From Negaprion brevirostris (Eukaryota): a stretch of DNA of 64,000 nt. Positions within the stretch are counted from its first letter, which is position 1. Every line of letters begins with the position of its first letter. The stretch is taken from contig JARDVH010000150.1 in assembly GCA_030324005.1 (NCBI GenBank), positions 15,144,057 through 15,208,056 on the forward strand, given 5' to 3'. The position numbers and the translations under genes are program-made. The notes under the pieces were generated by a model, which saw nothing but the letters and a program-made list of their open reading frames with translations, was not told where the DNA came from and made no database searches. This document shows, in pieces, positions 24,666 to 37,000 of the stretch.

Positions 24666-27600
24666 CCTCTTGTCTATGCTGCTGGAAATGGCTAGCAAAG
24701 GGAATGGTGGTCAGACCTCTGCATGCAGATCCTAACTGCCTTCTTTGCCCACCCAATGCAAGTTGTCCGTGTGCCAGGATGGGAAAGCCTGTTTCCTCAT
24801 GTTATCTCAACTCTCCCTACCCTGAATTTTTTCAAACAGGTCCTTTTGCATAGGGAACAAACAGCATTAATAATATGCATCGAGTGTCACTGAAATTCCT
24901 GCAGTATGCGCAATGAGTAACTTGCTGCCCGGCTCCCCAGTGTTTTCCAGCATCTAAGGCACAAGTCAGGTGAAAGATGAAATGGTCTCCATTTGCCTGG
25001 ATGAGTGCAGCTTCAGCAAGACAAGAAGCTTGACACCATCTAGAACAAAGCAGCCTGCTTGATGGACAGTCCCTCCATCACCAATGTATAGTGGTAGCAG
25101 TGTGCACTATCTACAGCAGGAACTTACCTATGCTCTTGGTCAGTGCCTTCCAAACCCATCTAGAAGGACAAGGGTGGTAACACATGCAAGTTTCTCTCCA
25201 CACCATGCTGACTTGGAAATATATCACTTCCTTTACTAGTGGTTCTTGAGTCAAAATTTTGTCCTACTTCCACAACTCCCTTCAAAACAATAGTCACTAG
25301 ATTGTAGCTTACGATATATTTCCTCTTTCCGCCATGTTGCTTTGAGAGGGAGATTGCATCCAGAGGAAACCTATAGACGTGAGAATGTACAAACTCCAGA
25401 GTTACCCAAGATTGGAATGGAACGCTAGTCCCTACAGCTGCGAGGCAGCAGTACGAACCATTGTGACAGCATGTCACCCTAGATTTTTTGCTCAAGTCTA
25501 TGGAACAGGACTTATATCCATTAGCTCTGATTCATAGGATAGTGTGAACACCAAGTCAAGTTAACTGCAGTAATTCTTGCATGGTTTTAATTTCTTTTGA
25601 AGAATGACTTCAATGTTTCTGCATTTAGTAATGCTTACATATTTGAGCGTACAGAAATGTGGAGCTTGAGCCACAGTCCCAGTAAACATTCTGTGACATT
25701 AAAGTCTGTGGCCTCGGTGCAGTTTTTTAAATTAGTGTTTTGGTATTGTTGCACTGACCAAAGTAGCCAAACAGGAGTACTAAATATTACAAACACATGT
25801 TTGACTTTGAGTTCAGAATCTGGGACACCCAGTTACTGATTCAAATGAATTTGTGGAGAAATAGTTTATCTATGAATCCAGCAAAGAACCATCTAAAACA
25901 AAGTAGATAAACAATGTAAATAATTCAAACATTTATTTAGTATATTACAAAACAAGTGGGAAGAGGTAGAATGCTAACATATTCCTTTTCATCAGTTTTC
26001 AGTAATTTGCAAGAACGCAGTTTTTATTCTCCCATTTCTAATCCAGGTGATATAGCTGGAAATCCGTTCGTAAATATTCTGCTCAATTTGACTGTTGCAA
26101 TCTTTGTTAAGGAAAATAACCCTTCAGCCTCATTCTTTTTGCAAACCAGTGGTTTAGAAGCATATGCCCTGGAAAATATACAAGAATTACATTAAAAATA
26201 ATACACAAGATACATTAAATGTAATTATAGCACTTCACTGAACTACTTAGTTAAAAACAAAACTGCTTCAGGATAGGGTTGATTTACAATTTGTAAATTT
26301 TAGTGCACAAAATGTTAATGAAACAACAGAAAGCAAATTAGAAACATCTGGAGAAAACATACAAGCTAATGTTTCATTTGTAGACTGTCAAGACTGGAAA
26401 TATTAAGAGGAACAGCATTTAAAAAGGAACAAAGTGGTAGGAGGGAAAACCACAAAATCAAGTAGAAGATTGGCTTAAAAGTTAAGCACATTACGATGAG
26501 ACTTAGAGAAAAAAAATGAAGTCATTTACAAGGTAGAGAAGCAAGACTGCAGGGAGTGGGAAAGGTGTGACGAGGCACATAGCAGGAGAAACAGAAAATT
26601 GCTCTGGAGAGGCTCCATCTTTATGATATTATGGTGGCACCCTTGGCGTCAAACTGCTTTTTCTCTTCTCTAAGGCTTCGGGGCAACAGGAGCTTGTTCT
26701 GCTAATCAATACTTACTTCCCATGACAAGAATAATATAAAGTTTATAAATGAATGATAATTACGCCAGATCCTTACACAAGAACACTACCAGTGGTTTCA
26801 CAAAATGCAATGAAGTTTCATTCAGTCTCCATTTTTCTTTAAAGAGAAGCTAACAGAATGGTGGAACTGAATGCACTGGAGTCATACAGAAATAAACCAC
26901 TGATCTGAAACATGAGCACAATTCATTTCTGTAATGCAGGTGAAAATCAAAAACAAATATGGAAATAAAAGTGTGCAAAATACTTACCTTACAGGCATCA
27001 CTTATCCCCATTAAAGTCACCAGCACATTGTATTCTTCATCACATAATCAAACAAATGCAAGCAATTGAACTTTGCACATCTGATTGTTAGATTCACTTT
27101 TTGCAATTCTTCAGGATAATTTCCTCATTGTCCAGTTTCATTGCAAATCCATCAGAAATGTTTACTTTTCTTAGCAAAAATGTTTGGTGGTTTTCAAGAA
27201 TTGTCAAGGTCCTTTTGTTATTAACCTGCAATTGGGTACCATACAAAAGGAATATTAAAAGAGCAAGCTTGCATTTATAAAGCACCTTTCATATTTTCAA
27301 ATGATCACAGAAGTGTTTCACAGCCAATTAAAAACTGTGTGGTCAAACATGACAGCCAAAATGAGTTAAATGATTTGTTTTAATAACATTGGATGATGGA
27401 TAAATACTGGCCAGAATTCCTTTTTTAAAATCTCCAAATAGTGCTGTGCCATATGACTTTTTTTCTTTAAGTTCATTAAAATGAATGATCTATTTAAACT
27501 ACTAATAATTCCAAATTGTCCAATACTTCAAAACAAGCAATGCAATAACAGGGCTAGAAATCATGTTATCCAATAATCTGAATTAAACTACAAAAAAAAA

Positions 27601-28169
27601 TCCAGAGCAGACTTTGTATTGGTAACTTGAGAAATGCTAGAATTTCTATTTCTTACACTACCTCAGGAAGCATGTTGTTGTTTGCTTTTATGATGCTGTT
27701 GTTTTTTCAGATGAAATTTGCTTGTTCTTCACTGTTTTGTAATGACCAATCTCAAATAGCAATTCTGATCTGTTAGCAAACCAAAGCAGAAACCTTAACC
27801 ATACTGAACTGCAAGTAGATCTTCAATGACATGCATAATTTAAGGCCTGAATCTTTAAGAGCAGAATGCATATGTTTAATTCTTTAGTTCTGAAGCATTA
27901 AGTCTTACTACACAGCACAATGAAGTCAAAATAATTCACATTAGCTTATAATTCACTTAAGTTAATTCTCCCATTTTATCCCCACTGAAAGTGTAACCCT
28001 TGGGTGTGATTTATTGGGGTAACTGCAGTCATCATGCTGCACTGAGATGTTTAGTTTTCGCACGAGCACAAGCATGTACTGAACTGCACAGAGTACTGCT
28101 ATGCAAATGTGTGCCCCCTGCCAGAACTGATCATGTCTGATTTCTCCCCCTATAAAGTTTTATTCATTC

Positions 28170-28376
28170 ATCACAAATAAGGCTTACATTAACACTGCAA
28201 TGAAATTACTGTGAAATCTCCCTAGTTGCCACGCTATGGCACCTGTTTGGGTCAATGCACCTAGCCAGCACTTCTTTCAGACTGTGGGAGGAAACAGGAG
28301 CGCCCGGAGCAAACCCATGCGAATCGAACCTAGGTTCCTGGCACTGAGAGGCTGCAGTGCAAACCACTGTGCAGCC
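28170..28376 (-). mobile_element. tRNA-derived SINE (second tail type)
   Basis: GGCTTACATTAACACTGCAATGAA tail shared with the copies at 14620, 50040 and 51530. Confidence 0.7.
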
Positions 28377-28732
28377 CATTATTGCTCTGCAGTGGTCCAG
28401 GAATACTAAGGTCAACAGTAACACTTCTGCAGCTGCCACAGTGTCAGCGGTTTACTGGTGAAGTCAAATTTCCTGTCAATTTGTTTATGTCAACCTTCTG
28501 ACTCTTGGAATTTCTCACACAATTGCTGGTGGTGCAAAGTCACAAGCAAAGATACCCAATAACATGAGACTCAAGCTTCAGAAACTAAAAATATTTATAG
28601 AAGCCATGTGATCAGATGTTATTTGATTAGGCATGACAATACATCACATGATCAACCTCTGGGAATGCCTCCGTTTGACTTGCAGGCTCTACCTGCTTTC
28701 ATAACTCCCAATTACAACCTAACTCTGACAAC

Positions 28733-28956
28733 TCAGTGTTTGCACTAAAACAAATCATCTAAATTAGGCAAGGTGGGAATTAAAAAAAAATTTAAAAATT
28801 TTGGAATTAGCTTCAATTAGGAAACTGTGATCAAGGAAGCACATTGAAAAACAAAAATACAAGTATAGTGATAATTCAGTGTTTGTACTAAAACAAATCA
28901 TGTGAATTAGGCAAGGTGGGAATGTATAAAAATAAAATATTTAGAATTAGCTTCAA
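28733..28956. repeat. Local duplication of about 82 bp
   Basis: 28733-28816 resembles 28876-28956 (TCAGTGTTTG.ACTAAAACAAATCAT...AATTAGCTTCAA). Confidence 0.85.
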
Positions 28957-29133
28957 ACTAATAGGAATCAAATGAAAGGCAAGATTGCACGATTAAAGGT
29001 AGAATGGAGAGAAGGTGGCAGAGGAAGATAGAGANNNNNNNNNNNNNNNNNNNNNNNNNNNNNNNNNNNNNNNNNNNNNNNNNNNNNNNNNNNNNNNNNN
29101 NNNNNNNNNNNNNNNNNNNNNNNNNNNNNNNNN

Positions 29134-30400
29134 NCAGGGCCTGATGGGATATACTCCAGAATACTAAGAGGCACAAGAGAGAAAATTGCTGGAGCCTTGA
29201 GAGAAATCTTTGCATCCTCACTAGCTGCGGGGGACGTCCCAGAGGATTGGAGAATAGTGAATGTCGTTCCTTTGTTTAAGAAGGGTAGCAAGAATAATCC
29301 AGGTAATTACCGGCTGGTGAGCCTTACATCAGTGGTGGGGAAATTATTGGAGATGATTCTATGAGACAGGCTTTATTCCCACTTGGAAATAAGTGGACGT
29401 ATTAGTGAGACCCAACATGCTTTGTGAAGGGGAGGTCGTGTCTCACAAACTTGATCAAGTTTTTCGAGGAAGTGACAAAGATGATTGATGAGGATAGGGC
29501 AGTGGATGTTGTCTATATGGAACTCAATAAGGCCTTTGACAAGGTCCCTCATGGCAGACTGGTGCGGAAGGTGAAGTTGCATGGGATCAGAGGCGAACTG
29601 ACAAGGTGGATACAAACCTGACTCGGTCAAAGAAGACAGAGGGTAGCAATGGAAGGATGCGTTTCTGAATGGAGGGCTTTGACAAGTGGTGTTCCTCAGG
29701 GATCAGTGCTGGGACCTTTGCTGTTTGTAATATATATAAGTGATTTGGAGGAAAACGTAACCGGATTGATTAGTAGGTTTGCGGACAAAACAAAGGTTGG
29801 TGGATTTGCAGATAGCAATGAGGACCATCAGAGGATACTGATCAGTTGGAGACTTGGATGGAGAGATGGCAGATGGAGTTTAATCCAGACAATACATTTT
29901 GGAAGGTCTAATACAGATAGGAAATATACAGTAAATGGCAGAACTCTCAAGAGTATTGATAGGCAACGGGATCTTGGTGTACAGGTACACAGGTCACTGG
30001 AAGTAGCAATGCAGGTGGAGGTGGTGGTCAAGAAGGCATATGGCATGAGTATTGAGTTTAAAAATTGGCTAGTCATGTTGACACTTTATAGAACATTAGT
30101 GAGGCTGCACTTGGAATATAGTGTTCAATTCTGGTCGCCACATTACCAGAAGGATGTGGAGGCTTTGGAGAGGGTACAGAAAAGATATACCAGGATGTTG
30201 CCTGGTATGGAGGGCCTTAGCTATGAGAGGCTTTGGAGAGACTTGGTTTGTTCTCACTGGAGCGATGGAGGTTGAGGGGAGACCTGGTAGGAATCTACAA
30301 GATTGAGGGGCATGGACAGAGTGGATAGTCAGAAGTCTTTTCAGGGTGGAAAAGTGAATTACTAGGGGGCATAGGTTTAAAGTGCGAGGGGCAAGTTTGA
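29134..30400 (+). mobile_element. CR1 ORF2 (RT) fragment
   Basis: [54 protein letters not shown]. Confidence 0.92.
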
Positions 30401-31759
30401 ATGAGTGATTTCATATTTTTCCATGGTCTATTTACTATTATCAATTTCTGCTCTTGGTGCAGCATGCAGCCTACTTCAGTCCCATGTGACTAGGCAAAAT
30501 GGCTATCAGTATTGGTTTTACTGGCTGGCAGAGGATTATACTTCATTCTTCCATTATTTTCCTTCCCCACCCAGTGATCATCTAACAGCAAATTAATCTC
30601 TCGAGATTGGAAATCCAGTCAATGAATACCACAGCTTTCCAATTTGCTTTTCAAGAGATGACCAGTTTTTTGAGATTCATTGCCAGGTTGTTAAAGGCTT
30701 TAACTTTTTGTTGTTTTGCTATAGATATACACACATCTTAAATAAGTGCTTGCTGCTATATCTTTATTAAAAATAGCATATGTTGACATCATTTTAATTA
30801 CAGTGACACTAGGCATATAATCCATTCCTTAGTAAGGTTTCTTGAATTCTCAGAAATGCATGAATTCTTACCAAGTGGTACAGATGCATCATTGCTTGGG
30901 ATTGCGTAAAATCAGGTCTTAGTATCAAGGGAAATGTGCAATTTGCCTCAATGTGTCCACACCGGGGCAGGGGACAAAAATGGATTCCTGTTCTTCTCCA
31001 GCCAAATACATGAAGAATGACTCCATTTTTAAACAATTTTCTTACTGAATCCAGGTTTTACTAAACTCAGTGTGAAGTAGATGAGAGGGAAGTGAGGCGT
31101 TCTCATTAATACATGAACAGTGAATACTTTCATAGAATCCTAGAATTCTTTAACCAACAGTAAATTACACAACTGGTAAAATTAAGCAGCTCACTAATGA
31201 GACCAGAAATCAGCAAAATACATTGGACAGCTGCTTAGCACAACCTGTAATGCACATTCCCAAGATAGCAAATGGGGTACACTAAATCCCTCATTATCAA
31301 ATGAAACATACAGTTCCAATCAGGTCAGCCATATCCCTGATTTGCTATTATTTTTACAAAAAAAAACCAAAAAAAAACTGGTCGCTTGCTGACTAGATTT
31401 GAGTGAAGTGCAAATTGACCAATTGATTGTAAATCCTTGGCATTCGCCTGTTTGGCGATGTACCCCCATCATTCACTGCCTCTACAAAATACTTTGTCAC
31501 ATCATCTGGACACTGGAAGTGACATGCGCTGTTTCTCTCAGGGCACAATATTGCCTATGTGAAATCTTTTCATCAAAAACCTCTACATTTTCTCTCTAAA
31601 CTAATTTTAATATTAACTCCTCTCTGCATCATGAACCTATTTCCCAAAAACCACTTAGTTTATCCCCATTTCTCTCAGCACAAACAAAAACAACAGCAAT
31701 TTGGCATTTATCTCCTTGCCATTCAATTGGATGATTGATTATTTGCATCTCTCCTGCCT

Positions 31760-33250
31760 TGATTCTATCAGTAGTTATCCTAACCTTAAGCTCTGTAATT
31801 TTTGATTGATCTCGCCATCTTTTTTGTTAACTGGGGATGCAGGTAGAATAATTTCAGATTCCAACTCCCTGACTATGAGCCAAGTACTTCTTGACATCAC
31901 TCCTGAATGCCCACCTCGAATGATAAGAACATGCCCCTCTGCTTTTCGACTCTTCAGAGAAAATAGTCTTCCTTCAGTGATTTAATCAAATCCTTGAATC
32001 ATCTAAAACACATTAAAATAGATTAGTCCTTAATTTTCTAGCATCAAGAAAACGCAAATACTACATATGATGAAAATCTGAAATAGCTCAGATAGCATCT
32101 GTGGAGAAAAAGAGATGCTGACATGAATAGTCTATGCAACATGCCTTCATAATTTTAGCCTTGAAATCTTTGACAAACCTGCACTGCACCCCCTCCAATG
32201 ACAAATGTATCCTTCCTGCCCTGCAACAGTACACCAGATGTGAATTAATGCTTTACATGACTTGCATAACTTCCACCTGAGACAAAGGCCAACATCCCAC
32301 TTGCCTTTTGTATCTATCCATTAGATTTCTATGATCTCTGCAAATAAATCCCCAAACCTCTTGCTTCTCCAGTTCCAAACTCTTAATTGTTTAGGTCTGC
32401 CTTACAGCTTCCACACAATTCTAGCAGCTGAATTTACACATTCACTGTAATATTCCTGTGCAACTTTGTTCCTTTATATACTACTTACTGTCACCAGCAA
32501 ACTTCAATATATTTGCTTTATGTACATCATAGGCAAAATATAATCTCTATTACGTTACAAACTCTTTACCAATTCTCTATAAACTTGCTTTAATTTTTGC
32601 TAATATTTTAGGAAATGTCATCTGAAAATCAATGACTAATATCCTTAGACAAACTCTAACCTAGCACCTTACTGAACTTCTGAAAAAAGAAAATCAAGTA
32701 GATTTTACATGATTTTCCCTTTACAGTCCATGCTAACTTTGTGATCAGTTCTTAATTTATCCAGTTTGTCCTTAGTAAGCAACTCATGTAACTTCCTACA
32801 ACAGATAAAAACTATAAAACGTCAGTTTTCTCATTTCTCTTTCACTCTTAAATAATGGAGTGAGATTTAACATTGTCTCTCTGGGTTAGAACAATTCTTG
32901 AATCAAGGGACTCTGAAAACCAGGACTAAAGCAACGACGATTTCCTTACCATTTCTTTTAATACACTGAGGGAGCAGAAACTATGAGGTACTGGAAAGCT
33001 GTCAATCCTCAGCCTCATCATTTTTGCTATTACCATTTTCTCCCCAACTCAAATAAATCTCTCATGATTTATTTTTAACAATTACAGGTACATTCATGTT
33101 TTCCTCGATTGTTAAGACAAACACAAAGTAATTATTCAGCAAGTTTACAATTTCTTCATTTTCAATTACGGTATTATGTCTCTCGTTAAAAGCCAAATCA
33201 CTGATCTCAATATCATTCAAGGGGAAGAAATTTTGTTTTACTATTCTTCT
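31760..33250 (-). mobile_element. Highly degraded CR1
   Basis: EIVNLLNNYFVFVLTIE and scattered CR1-like remnants. Confidence 0.5.
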
Positions 33251-35064
33251 AACAGTTCTTTCAAGTTTAGGCAATAGCTATCATCTCAGCTTTGACTGGT
33301 CCATCCTGAAATACCTCCAATCATCTGCTATCACGATTTTGCCATCTCCTCCACCACTTAGCCATGACCAAGATACATATTTTCCTCATTTGAGAAAATA
33401 ATTTCCCCTTCAATTTCTCTCCATGTCCAACAATTAAGTACTGACAATATCATAGGGTCCTATATTCCTTCACAGGACATACGAACAAACTTGATAATCG
33501 ATGTGATCCTTCTTTTAACTCCACCCACCTTTCATTACAAAGTCCAAGCCAATTCAAAATTTCAGTCTGTAGGGGACAGTACCTAATGCTGACTAACACA
33601 TTCTTATACTCTTGTACAAGATACAAGCAACTGACACTCTGCCTTAGTGTCACGATCTGTCTCACCTCGAACTTTGCACCTCTCTGCGGAACAGTTTATC
33701 ATATCTCTATTTTATTTTTGGAGTTAGCTTCAAGTTGACAGTCTCAGAATAACAGGTAGGCCTTCTAGGACTAAGGTGACGAGGATTTTTTTCACTGTGG
33801 TGAATCTTTGAAACTTTAGTGCATAGGGCTGCGGTGACTCAGTAATTTGAGCATTTTCAAGCTAGAGATATCAAGGTGTATGGGCATAATGCAAGAAAAT
33901 GGCATTGAGATAAAACATCAACCTTGACCTAGTTGAATGGTGGAGCAGGCTCGATCCTTGCTCTTATTTCCTATGTCTGTTGGAANNNNNNNNNNAAATA
34001 AATAGTAATTAATAGTTGAGCCTGGTTTATGTTATTTTTATTATGTTTGTTTACAATGTTTACAGAATCCTAGTATGATGCTAGCCTGCAAATCAAAAAT
34101 TCACTTCTTGAGTCCTTTGTCTGAATTGAAACAAAGTTTACATTTGAACAGAACATATAAATAAGTCAACAAGATGAAACCATAAGCCAACCCAAATTTG
34201 ACCTGAAGAGTTCCTGTGTTCCAACAGCACATTTAGTTATATTTGCAAGCATACGATTTAACTAAATGTTTCACTTTCATACCTTTTTTTCCATAAAAGG
34301 CATTGCAGTCAGGTTTGCTCAAGTTATCAGATATATGTTATATCTCGCCGAAATGAACAACAATGTGACTACATGAACTACAGCAAATCTGGATTTCAAA
34401 ATTAAATGGATTGTACAGCTTGGAAATAAATAGCCAGCACTGTCAATTATTATAACTAGACAATTTTGTTGAAAGCACTTTATTGAACCAAAGCTATCAG
34501 AACAAATGCTGAAAATGCTCAGGTTAAGCAGCATCTGTGGGGAGTTTACAAGTTCAAGGTTACGATCGTTCATCAGGGTCATCCCAGCATCTGGAGAGTA
34601 TTTTGCTTTTGGCTTATAAAAGGAAGGGCAGCTTTGTAATTCAACAATTTTCAGAAATTCCTTAGACCCAAAAGGGCCATAACTTCCAACCAGTGGCGTG
34701 AATTCATAAATGCACTTACCTGCTCGGGAAAACTTTTGTTCAAACTTCCGCTGGCTGAAGCTACACGGGACCCATAGCAAAGAGTGTCCCTGAAGGCCAC
34801 TGTGCAACAGTGGCATGCTCAGGTAAGCCACACCCTTTTTTTTACTGCACAAGCTACTGGACAGCAGGTAGATTTAAAGGGCCCAGTGGAAAATAAGTGG
34901 CCAGCCTTGAGAAACCCCAAGCGCATTTTTGGGGTTCCTCCCAAATCCAACACTGGGGAACTAGTACGTTATGAGCCTATATCTTGCAGTACTTAGCATT
35001 TTATACAAGCCTAAGTCAGCAACTACCAAACATCCGCTGCCACCCCTGCAAAACAAACACGTAA

Positions 35065-37000
35065 CAGAAGAGTTGACAACTCCGCCCCTCGAGTGGGTTC
35101 TTCCATTTATAATGATCACGGCTGATCTGATGGTAACCTCAAATCTGCACTCCATCTACTCCCAATAACCCTTCACCCCCTTGCTTACCAAGAATCTATC
35201 CACCCCCCTTTAAAAATATTCAAAGATGTTGCCTTCACAGCCTTTGCAGGAAGAGCGTTCCAAAGACTTATGACCTCAGTGAAAAAATATGAACTCATTT
35301 CTGTTTTAAACGGGTGGCCACTTATCTTTAAAGTGGCCTCTAGTTCCGGATTTTTCCGCAAGGCTAAACATCTTCTCCACATCCCCCTGTTAAGGCCCCT
35401 CAAAATCTTATTTGTTTCAATCAAGTCACCTCTTACACTTCAAAACTGTGGGGTGGATACAAGCCTGAATAGATTAGGTTAGATGGTCATTAGACTGGTT
35501 CCACTGGTCGGCGCAACATCGAAGGCCGAAGGGCCTGTACTGCGCTGTAATGTTCTATGTTCTAGCTGGTCTAACTTTTCCTGATAGAATAATCCATCCA
35601 TTCCAGGAATTAGTCTGTTAAACCACTTCTGAACTGCGTCCAATGCACTTAACTCTTTCTTTATAAACGTGACCAACAATGTAGTGCTCCAAATGTGTTG
35701 TCATGAGTTTCCTGTACAACTGAAGCATGGCATCCTTACTTTTGCATTAAATTCCCCTCGCAATAAAAGGTAACATATCCCAATTACTTGGCATACCTGC
35801 ACACTTGCATTTTGTGATTCAAGCACCTGAGCTCTGCAGTCTCTCGTTTAGATAAGTTTTTTTCATTCTTCTGACAGTTTTACATTTTCTCATATTGTAC
35901 TCCATTTGTCAGATCTTTACTTAACTATATCTTTGTGTAGCTTCGTTATGTCCTCCTCACAACTTACTTGCAACCTTTGAGTCATCACAAATTTGCCAGC
36001 CATACCTTGATTCATAATTTATACGAATGTAAACAGTTGAGGTCCCAACCTCAAAAACATTTATGCTTACCTTCTGCTTCCTATTAGCCAGCCAATCTTG
36101 TATCCAATATATTACCCTCATAACATGAGCTTTTACATTACGTGATAACATTTGATGTGGCACCTTTATCAAATGCCTCTGGAAATCTAACGGCAGTACA
36201 TCCACTGATTCGCCTTTATCCACTGCGCAGGTTACTTCCTTAAAAGCTCCAGTAAGTTGGTTAAATGGGATTTCCCTTTCACCAAACCATGCTGACTGCC
36301 TGATTATCTTGATCAGATCCAAGTGCCCTGCTATAACTTAATTAATATCAGCTTCTAAAATGTTTCCTATGTAGATGTTAGGCTAACTGATCTATACTGT
36401 CCTGTTTTCCGTTTCTCTCCCTCTCTGAACCATCTTGCAATCTAATGGGATCTTCGCTAAATCATGGGAATTTTGGAAAATTTGAAACCAATGCATCAAC
36501 TATCTCACTAGATCCTTCTTTTAAGACCCTAGAATGAAATCCATCAGGGCCAGGGCATCAGTCCCGAGCTCCAACAATTTATGCAGTATCACTTCTCTGG
36601 CAATTGTAATTTTTCTGTGTTACTTCCTCCCTTCCAGTTCCTGGTTTATAGCTGTTTCTGAGATGTAACATGTATCCTCCACAATGAAGACTGATGCAAA
36701 ATACCTGTTCAGTTTGTTTGCCAATCAGTTCTCCAGACTTACTTTCTATAGGACCAGCACTCAATTTGTTCAAGTCTTTTTAAAATATTTATTAGAAACT
36801 TTTTACCATGTTTTTATATTTCTGGCTAGCTTTCTCACACTCAGTCCTTATTAATCTTTTAGTCAGCCTTTGCTGTTCCTTCTATTATGTCCAATCTTCA
36901 GATCCGCAACCTACCTTTGCACAATTATATTCTTTTTATTTAAATCTGATACTATCTTTAACCTTTTAGTTAACCATGGGATGGTGGGTTCATCCCTTGA
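35065..37000 (-). mobile_element. CR1 ORF2 fragment
   Basis: VDVLPLDFQRHLIKVPH, WIQDWLANRKQKV, DAVQKWFNRLIPGMDG. Confidence 0.85.

Noticed and set aside
34319-34852. 177-aa minus-strand ORF
   Set aside because: Crosses a short repeat; no recognisable protein or splice-consistent structure
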